A DNA stretch of 64,000 nt. It comes from Mytilus trossulus. Its lineage: Eukaryota. Below the pieces are notes generated by a model. The model made no database searches. It was given only the letters and a program-made list of their open reading frames with translations, and was not told the origin of the DNA. Positions 54,697 to 64,000 of the stretch are shown here, piece after piece. The position numbers and the translations under genes were made by a program. Every line of letters begins with the position of its first letter. The stretch's first letter is position 1. The stretch is from positions 1,674,001 through 1,738,000 of the forward strand of contig NW_026963318.1 of NCBI RefSeq assembly GCF_036588685.1, in the 5' to 3' direction.

Positions 54697-54830
54697 GTAA
54701 TAAGAACCAGAAATAGCATCCCCTATGACTTTATAGTGTTAATAAAGATTAAACACGTATGTCACATCTGCACAATAGGTGTTTATAATTTCTTAATTCG
54801 AATATTAGACTGTTTACACTAACGTATAAA
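54697..54830 (-). promoter_or_regulatory. Putative promoter and short non-coding leader exon of copy D
   Basis: TGTTTAC (54811-54817), TATAAA on the minus strand (54782-54787) and donor-like C|GTAAGT at 54696. Confidence 0.35.
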
Positions 54831-55534
54831 ACGTATGTTTTCTAACTGTAAAAGTGCAATAGTATTGACGAATATTCATTCATACATAAAATATGGGACT
54901 TGAAATAGGCAATAAAATTCTGATACATATCGATTGTGCAATGACGTATCAGAAAATTTACAGTATTACTCATAAAAGCACATTTCAATTTCTTCCGATG
55001 AAAAACCGAGACACGGTTCACATTTCAGGAAAACAACACCATTTCTTTTAAACATAAATAATTATCAATGACATACAGACATTTCTTTGAATATACTTAG
55101 TGTATTCATTAGAAATTAGTAGACGCGCTTCATACTAAAAATGTGTACATAATAAAAGCTTTTACAAACCTTTTAAATTTCAAAAAGGAAGCACTAAATT
55201 CTGATGATTACATGTTAATTCTATAACTTTTAAAGTTCGATATGTAACTCATTTTCACTTATCTGCCCACACATTATTGTGACGTCGTTATATGGAGCGC
55301 TTGCTACATGTTTCATGAATATTAAAATGTCTTTAGAAATACAATTATCTATTGAAATGTTTATCGATTGCGTTTAGCTATCCAATACGACGGATTGTTC
55401 AGAAACATACATATAACCTAATTATATATTTAATTAAAAGTGACACTGCAGACACTGCTACATTAAATGACAAGAAGATATGCACAAGTACTGCAAACTG
55501 TGTAATCAAAGACTTGAAATCTCCGGTATTATAG

Positions 55535-56327
55535 TATTATTTTCGTACCCTAATCTTGTCGTACCCAGGCAAAATCTTCTTTTTCCTAGACAGACCATTT
55601 CGTACCTTCACTTTGTTGTACCTTGTGTAATATTAACATGTATGCCATTTGTACCTCATGGGAAATTTATATGTATGCAATTTTGTTCCTCATGGAAGAT
55701 TATATGTATACCATTTCGTTCCTCATGGAAGATTTATATGATTACAATTTCGTACCTCATCGAAGATTTATATGTATACAATTTCGTACCTAATGGAAGC
55801 TTTATATGTATACCATGTTGTACCTCATGGAAGATTCATATAAGGTGCAAATGCTTATGGAAACATTTTGAGTCATGGCTTCTTTTTGAGCCAAAATCAG
55901 CTTATGTCCCTTGTCACTACATTTCCTCTGTAAAACAGTTGCAGATAAATAGTTATAGGATGGTTAATAAGCCTTATACTTTTAGAGTTTAACAATTAAT
56001 TAAAACCTAAGCTTCACAGTGTAATTATAACTATTGGAGATTCCAAGTACTGCTTAATCAAACCAATCATCGGCATTTATAGAATTGTTACGTCTAAATG
56101 GATAATTTTATTTTAATATCATATTTAAAAAAAAAATCTAAATCATTAAAAACTTTACCACAAAATGATAACATATATTAAGTCTAGGAAGTACGAATTT
56201 GGTATTATCATGGATATGAAATGGTAAATGTTGGATACGAAATTGCAAATTTGGGAACGAAATGGCGAATTTTGGTTCCAAATGTTAGAGGCAAGAAATG
56301 GTCAAGGTACGAAATGACTTGCTTCCC
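55535..56327. mobile_element. Foldback-type non-autonomous DNA element with subterminal repeats
   Basis: About six 34-bp units CCATTTCGTACCTCATGGAAGATTTATATGTATA at 55645-55845, and inverted GGTACGAAATG ~21-bp units at 56190-56327. Confidence 0.7.
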
Positions 56328-57452
56328 TTTAACTCAGGAAGCTTAATTTTAAAGAACTTTGTAAATAATTACAAATCGCATTGGTTGCATGTTAATCAGT
56401 TTCAAACAAACTTATCGACAATCTCATTTGATTGAATAAATATACACTGAAAACAAAGTATCGTACAGAAGCCACATCAAATTGGTGGTCAACTTCCAAA
56501 AGTTTTAGATATATACGAAACAGAGGACCGAAAGACATATTATTAACATTAAAGCATGAAACAAAATGAATCAGGTTTCTACTCACATAAACAGGCAAAA
56601 GATTAAATTAAGTTGATTTGGTCTTTTCGAATTCGTTTAAATTGATTCACATGTCGTCATATCAGAGCCATTGAGGCTGACTTTATAGATTGAAGGCTAC
56701 TCCTGTTCTTATCATTGTTTAATTCCACATTATTTTGACTTTGATCGATAGTTGTCGCGTTAATAATTGCCATTAATTTTACATCTCCTTATACACTATA
56801 GTATAGGATCCTGTTGATCATGTATCGCCAACCGTTTCTTACTAATTCAAGATATCATATCAATACATAACTTTCAAATGATTAAGTTATAACGTTTATG
56901 GTGAGGAAAATCCCGCAAAACGCTTCAAACGCATATATTCATAGGCAATTGCATGAAGCGGTTATCACATTTTTGCAGTTTTCAAAGTTCTGTAAAATCC
57001 CCCGTATCTTAGCCATGGCGTTGTCAGTTTGTTTGAGATTTATGAGTTTGACTGTCCCTTTGTTATCTTTCGTCCCTCCTTTCCTTTTACCAAAACGCCA
57101 TTTTCTTACTGTTATTATAATTAAATTTATAACCTTGCATTTTAAAGCTCATTTATATAACACAAATAGTTACCCTAAACGCATTACATGATACAAAAAT
57201 ATACACAAATAAGTACACGAAAAAAAGATCAACATACGTTTTTAAGGCATGCAACATCAAATGAACTATAAAAAGGAAAGACTTTAATAAAATCATTTAC
57301 TTGCAATGGTTAAAAATGAATTAAAATAATTATTCATGACATTTGTCTATGAACATTATGTATTGTCTAATCACAACCCACGGTGCTTACTCGTGTGTTA
57401 CGATCATCCACAAAAACTGTCATGTACATATCTGTGAACACTATGTATATAT

Positions 57453-58288
57453 AGGAAGATGTGGTATGAGTGCCAATGAGACAACTCCTCATCCAAATAA
57501 CAATTTCTATAAGTAAACCATTATAGGTCAAGGTATGGCCTTCAACACGGATCCTTGGCTAACACCGAACAACAAGCTATAAAGGGGCCTTAAATTACTA
57601 GACTAAGTGTAAAACCATGCAAACGGGAAAACCAACGGTCTAATCTATATAAAAAACGAGAAACGAGAAACACTTATAATTACATAAATAAACAAGAACT
57701 ACTGTACATCAGATTCCTGACTAGTACATCATGTACATTATGTTCGAGATAGGAATCGATTTTCCCAAAAAATCCAGAACTTATTAAAGAATGTAAAACA
57801 ATATCTTTTGGTATTGTCTGAGAAAATCTCCATAATCTGCAGACGTAACATGAAATAATTACTTTGTACATGATGAAAATTTGAATTGTCAAATTACCAT
57901 TTCGTGAAATATTGAACATATGGATGATAGAAAGGAAACTATATATGACTGTCTTCATGTGTATAGATATCAATTTCAACGGACACTAGTCAATGAGACA
58001 ACTCTACAAGATATCAACTGACACATAAGTTAACAACTACAGGTCACCATACGGCCCTCAACAATGAGCAAAGCGTTTCCATAAAGTCAATTAGAAAAGA
58101 CCCCATAAAACAACAAAACAAACATTATGTTTTTAAAGTATGTACAAAGTGATTAACAAAAAAATAAATGTAAAACACAGGAACAAAAGTCTACCACTGA
58201 ATTATAGGCCACTGATTTGTAATAGGACCATAGAATAAGTGGCGACATTAAACTAGTGTTAAGGCACCAATCTTCACTCTGACCTGAG
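57453..58288 (+). repeat. Two R1-family repeats (57453-57724 and 57990-58288)
   Basis: AAGATGTGGTATGAGTGCCAATGAGACAACT and AGGTCACCATACGGCC cores. Confidence 0.75.
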
Positions 58289-59368
58289 ACATCAACTGGA
58301 TTTAGTTAAAGACGATATTACCATTTAGCTAAAAACACCTCATTGTGCAGTATGTAGATACATGTAGCAACAGAGTGTAGTCGTGTGCAAATGTATTGCA
58401 ATAACGTTTAGTTTGATTTTATATTACTGATATCTAAATCAATATTAATAGCAACTAAATCAATATTTAATGATAAAACTACAGTCTTGAATTGTTAACC
58501 TTAAAGGATAAGTTTATTTGAAAGATATAAGTTGAGTTTTAATTAAGAAACAATTGAGATTATTCGACATTTATTAAATCATTCGATAATCAACCAAACA
58601 AAGATCAATCTATTAGCAAGGAATACCCCACAACGAGCTGTTCAGTCAAAATTCTCACTAGGTTATGTTATAATTGAATAGTAGCGTTACTTAGGCTTTT
58701 CTATCAACGACTATCAATTCAATCTCTGCTGGGATGAATCAATAAGTTCAAATCTACACAAATATACTGTACCTCACGCAACAACTTAATAATTGCTACT
58801 TAAATGAAATTTTCAGCTGTAAAAACTCTTAATTTTCTATGTAAGAAAGATTAAAATAAACTGCTAAATAAACTTCATGAAGATTTCCTTTGCAACAACT
58901 GAATGGCAAGTAAAGAAAACAATACGGTTTCTAACTTGAAAATCTATGTTTCATTTTGAAAGCTAGAATTATTCCATGAAAGAGAAATAAGTAACCAACA
59001 AAGAACATTTAGTGTCGCTAACATAATTGCAAAAAATCTAAAAATAATATGGATAAAATGGTCAGTTCTATTGAGATGCTTGAATTTTATCCGACAAAAA
59101 TAGGTTGCCAGATTGTATAAGCTTTGTGGTTCTCGTCCCTTTTTAAGTTTCCCATTCCATTAACTTTTTCTGTCCATCTTGTCAGTTCACGGAGGGAGAA
59201 TAAACAAAGCAATCAAAAACCCACACATCAGTATTTAAATCAAACACTGTTCAGAAATAATTTGTATTAAACATCAAGTAGCAAATCGTCATAACACGTA
59301 CGTGAATAACTTATTCATTTTAATATCAGACTAGATAATAGTACGGGATACGCACGTAACGTCTTCAC

Positions 59369-59518
59369 AATAAAAATGAGAATGGAAATGGGGAATGTAT
59401 CAAAAAGACAACAACCCGATTATAGAAAAAACAACAGCAGAAAGTCACAAACAGGTCTACAATGTAACGAGAAATTCCCGCACCCGGAGGTGTCCTTCAG
59501 CTGGCCTCTAAACAAATA
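59369..59518 (+). repeat. Dispersed repeat family R3
   Basis: Reverse-complement fragments at 19290-19405 and 29965-30080. Confidence 0.7.
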
Positions 59519-59679
59519 CATATTAGTTATGACTTGCCAGTGACACTAGTACTCGAACCAAAAACAGAGGGAAAGCCAAATCAAAAACGATATTGACGAA
59601 CATCGAAACTAAGTATAAAAAAAACAATGAAACTTAGTCTCATTCTCGTGATAGAAGAAGGATTCATAATATGCAATAC

Positions 59680-62600
59680 ATCTGATTGTTTTCATGACAT
59701 AATATATTGTTTCTCAAACAACACTAAACATATAACAGATTAGTTTGCTTATGCTTATCTGATTGTTTTCTTTCCGTTTTGCATGGCATACTATATAAAC
59801 ATTTGCACAACATGAATACTCATGAGATACTGATACAGATAAACCATTAAAGAACCATATGAGCTCAAGAGTTAGTTCTAGTTAAATAAATTAAAGATAT
59901 AACATTTTGTCCCAAAGCAGGTATGAATTAAACTATATAGCTATTAATCATGTTATACAATCATCATGAATATATACAAACGCACAAATAATCAAAATAT
60001 ACATTTTACAAAATATGATCATCGAATGAGTACCCACATATATAGTGCGTCTGTTAGCATTTACAATGCAAACATTTACAGTCTTAGAAATTGCAATCAC
60101 GACAATATTAGTTAAAAATCGTTGTTCTTTAAGAGAGAGGCGAGAGATTGATGTACCAATTGGTAATTCTCATAAATCGAAAAAAACACAAGATACAACA
60201 CAAAAAAACTAAAGTCTGAGCAATTAGAACCTTGGCAAAAATGAGTGATATGAGGAACTTTCTTAATCTATAAGATACATACTGAACATCAATCTTTTTT
60301 TTGCACATGCAAATCACAAAAAGCTTGATTTTATCAAATCTCAGACCTGTAATTTTACATTTAACTTAACAGCTTTTAAAAAGTAACAATAGATTGTCAT
60401 TATTATTCTTATCAACTTAATACTGGTTGCATCACTAGCATAGAATCAAATGAAATTGTTGCTTTTAATTTTTGTTGCAGTTAGTTAGTTTTTCATAATA
60501 GATTATATTCACTTGTTAAACAACAAAAAAAAAAGCAAAAACAAAAATAAAAATTGTCGTTATGTTTTCAACAACCTTTTCACAATATGTATATAATATT
60601 TTTTAATTATGTAAAATGCATTGTGTAAAAGAAACTTGTAGTTATTTAGATACATTTCTGGCATTTTCTATTGTTTGGGTAAATCTCATTTGAAGTATAC
60701 GCCAATAGTTATGTTTTACATAAAAGCTAGACAATTCCTTATATGGCACGGAACAAAGACCTTGCGTATTGCATCATCAGTAGTAAATGGACACATTGTA
60801 ATGTTATATTCGGAATGACACATTCTAATATATGATTAAGGAAGGACATGATTCTATCTCATAAAGGTGCAGCATGCTTTATTTGTTCTGTGTCTAGAAC
60901 TGATGTGTCTGCAGCTAAATAATCATAAAAATCAAATTAGTCTACATCATCGACAGTACGGTAGTTTGTTTTATAATTCGTAAAACGACCACTGTTATTT
61001 AGTTATTTCAAATATTTATTCGCATCAATCATGTGGGTAAATATTAACGGCTGGGTAAATTTTTAGAGAATGATAATGTCATTGATAAAAACATCCATAA
61101 AACTTATTAAAAAGCAAACAATACCAACAACAAACTCAAAGGAATGAGAAGCATTTTGACATAGTTGCCCTTGCAGGATATTATCTTAGGAGCACACGCG
61201 CCTATAATTTAAAGACAATGCCTCACATGAATTTCGCATAAATTAATTCAAACTGCAACAAATTATTCTGAATAATTTGAATGTCTTTATGTAGAATGGT
61301 ACGTATTTTATAACATTTTCTCGAAGTACTAGTATCATGTGCATGATAGCAAGCGAAAATGACCTTTACAATGATACTACAATTAATTTAAGACTAAATT
61401 GTTTTTTGAAGAAAACTGTAAAACATTATAAAATAAAAAGTACATGAACATTTTAAATACATGCCATTACTAAAGAAGTAGATTAACATTTCATCGTAGG
61501 TATTTTAAAATAAGTTTTCGTTGTCATTACAAACTATGTCGCTTTAGTAGGTAGAAAATGCTACACAGAGGATCAAGTAATCAGTATGCTGGAGCTCTTG
61601 TTACTGACAACATATGTTTTGAATTTGGACGGATACTTTTTTCAACAAATGTCGGCATTCCTATGGGAACAAATTGTGCGGCTCTCCTTGTCGACCTCTT
61701 CTTATGTATACATGAATCGAAGTTCCTTCAGACAATTGTCAAACACAATGAGACCAAAGAAGCTAGATAATTTAATTTAGCATTCAGATATATTGATGAT
61801 GCTCTTTCCATTAACCATCGGAACTATCATTACAGTTGATCCATTAGGGATATGTTTGTCTTTATAGGAAATTATATCCCATCTTGTTATATTTGTTGAA
61901 TAAACTGTAAAACTGTTGACAGGGTTTTTAACAACATTTGATAAAACTGTATAATTTTGATGAACATATTCACAATATGATTACCAGGCCAAACAAGGTT
62001 TACGTTAGTGGGACAGGAAGTCAAACACAAGTATCATCAAAAGAAAAAGAAGAAAACAAATATTCTTGACGAGCACTGAAAACTAAACAAAAACGATAGT
62101 TGATTTAAAATTATACAGAAAATCGCGAAATATCTTTGAAAGTAAGTTATATTCTCATGATACGAGATTTATTTATGATTAACCATAATCATCTACGTCT
62201 TCATGACAGATTAAATTGGTTCACAAACAGTACGTAGCTTCTAGTCGTTAATCAAATATTTGGATTTATTTATCACCGGTTTTTTATTGTGTAGGCATCA
62301 AGATATACACATGCACACAACCTGACTACCAATGTGATATTGATACAGCTAAACGAATAAAGAAGCTAATTTAAATCATGACAATAAAGTCTAGACTCTC
62401 TAGTAAACAGACGAAAAGTCAAAAAGTCAATTCCAGTCGCATCAAGTTAAGACATAACACTTTGTTCCAAGCAATTATGAACTAATCTATATGCGATTAA
62501 TCATAATATGTAATCAAAATTTCGTACACACGCCCAAAATAATTAAAAAATGCATGATACAAAAGACGATCATTGACGGGTGTAATTGTTAACTTTTCAA

Positions 62601-63240
62601 CATCCAATTAAGATGAATTCATGTATATAAATGAACTACATTTTTACGACTACACCCAGGAAAAGAACCAACAATATGAATATAGATAGCATTTACACTG
62701 CTAAATGTACGATCATGAAAACAAATTCATTTACGGCAATATGATGTAAAAAATTATACCCTTTCAAAAGGTGGGAAGCTATTTCAAAGGATAATTTAAA
62801 TTCGTGTCGAAAATAAACTGATAACACCTTGGATAAACGAAAAATCAATATGTAAACGTCCGTACAAAAAACAAAACATTCAAAACTAATGTCTAAGCAA
62901 CAACAACCCCTTCTAAAAATTAAGATGAACTCAAGTGCTCAAATTATCTTTCACAGAAGACATGACAACATTATATAAGATAAACACTAAACAATTAAAG
63001 TGAACGTCAGTCGTATAACACATGCAAATCAAAAATTGCTTAATTTTTTTAGATCTTTGATCCGTAAGTTTAAATTTCAATCAACAGCTTTTAAAAGTAA
63101 CACTTGATTGTCATTAATGTTCTCATCAATTTCAAGATGGTTGCACCACTGGCATTGAATCAAGTAAAATGTTGTTTTTTTTTACTTTAAAGCTGCAGTT
63201 AGCTAGTTCTTCATATTAGACAGCATTCAGTATTAACTTT
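59680..63240. repeat. Local ~2.5-2.7 kb-offset duplication in degenerate distal units
   Basis: 59830-59990 resembles 62340-62545, and 60305-60500 resembles 63018-63220. Confidence 0.7.
61560..61830 (+). mobile_element. Penelope-like RT core fragment
   Basis: VGIPMGTNCAALLVDLFL, then after a stop FRYIDDALSIN (YxDD catalytic motif). Confidence 0.85.
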
Positions 63241-64000
63241 CGTGAAATTAGGATAAAACAACAGTTAATGAATGTTAGGACGTTACAATGTTAGACGATC
63301 ATGCATGATAACGTCACATTAAGAGGACAACCCTTTCAGCATATCTTTGAAAAGGACGGATAGAAATCATAAGAGAAACTGAAACCACTATAACTTGTGT
63401 ATTACGACATTTCTCGACTTTCTACAGTGGGAACTAAAATATTTGAAATGCTCAGCTAATCCTGCACTTTCAATATTACAATTTAAATGTTTTGAGTGGG
63501 GAATATAGTAACACTCGTGTTTCAGAGGTGGAATCAATATTTTCTCTCAGTTGAAATGTCATTATTTTAACAAAATTGTCTTATACTTTGAAGTTCATTA
63601 ATAAAAAAGAATTGATACCTTTAGATAGACAATACAATAACGTTTATTGATTAATGCACTGATGCAACATACTACTTATACTCAAAAGTATTCTTAATTA
63701 TAGTACATAAATAATGTCTTTTAAATCCTGGAATCTATTTACATTTAAGAACAATCAATTTCTTCCACAGTGTCTGGGTTTTCAGTAGATATCTAGTACA
63801 TGCAATATTCAAGGGAATCTACTAGCTCATTGAAAGGATTATGTTTATAAATTCATAAACGACTTTTGTGTGCTTTCTTTTATCGTTGTTTACGCACTAT
63901 GAGTAAATTGAAAGACATTTCTGTTATTTGGATTCAATTAAAAATTCGCTTGGCGAATTGTGGTAGTGTCAGTATTATGATGTAAAGGATTAATTGGAAA

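Noticed and set aside
55645-55845. CRISPR-like array (also 38282-38380)
   Set aside because: Head-to-tail repeats without unique spacers, no cas genes, and a eukaryotic context.
55480-55992. 170-aa ORF
   Set aside because: Arises from a 34-bp tandem repeat cycling through frames inside a non-autonomous element.

Overview
AT-rich eukaryotic genomic DNA. The dispersed repeats (V-type and Deu/Nin-type tRNA SINEs, Penelope-like RT fragments, TTAA-flanked MITEs, pearl/Helentron-like elements) resemble those I recall from bivalve, Mytilus-type genomes; this assignment is inference. There is no complete protein-coding gene, and most ORF-track entries are noise or transposon debris. The dominant structure is an old tandem array of ~10-11.5 kb units. 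Four units each carry, on the minus strand, a 61-nt coding segment: ATG, a 20-aa signal-peptide-like sequence and a phase-1 GT donor (22687-22747, 34134-34194, 44090-44150, 54300-54360). Each is preceded by a conserved promoter-like block. I found no conserved downstream coding exon inside the units. The leading hypothesis is an array of alternative promoters and signal-peptide first exons feeding a gene body left of the window. A ~400-bp motif-rich module (GATA, Runx, E-box, kB-like sites) occurs 7 times: three times upstream of these exons and four times as an exon-less cluster at 1.7-10.5 kb. Also present are a perfect 299-bp palindrome of a tRNA-like SINE and many unit-specific insertions and deletions that order the duplication history. 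All alignments were done by eye, and block boundaries are approximate.
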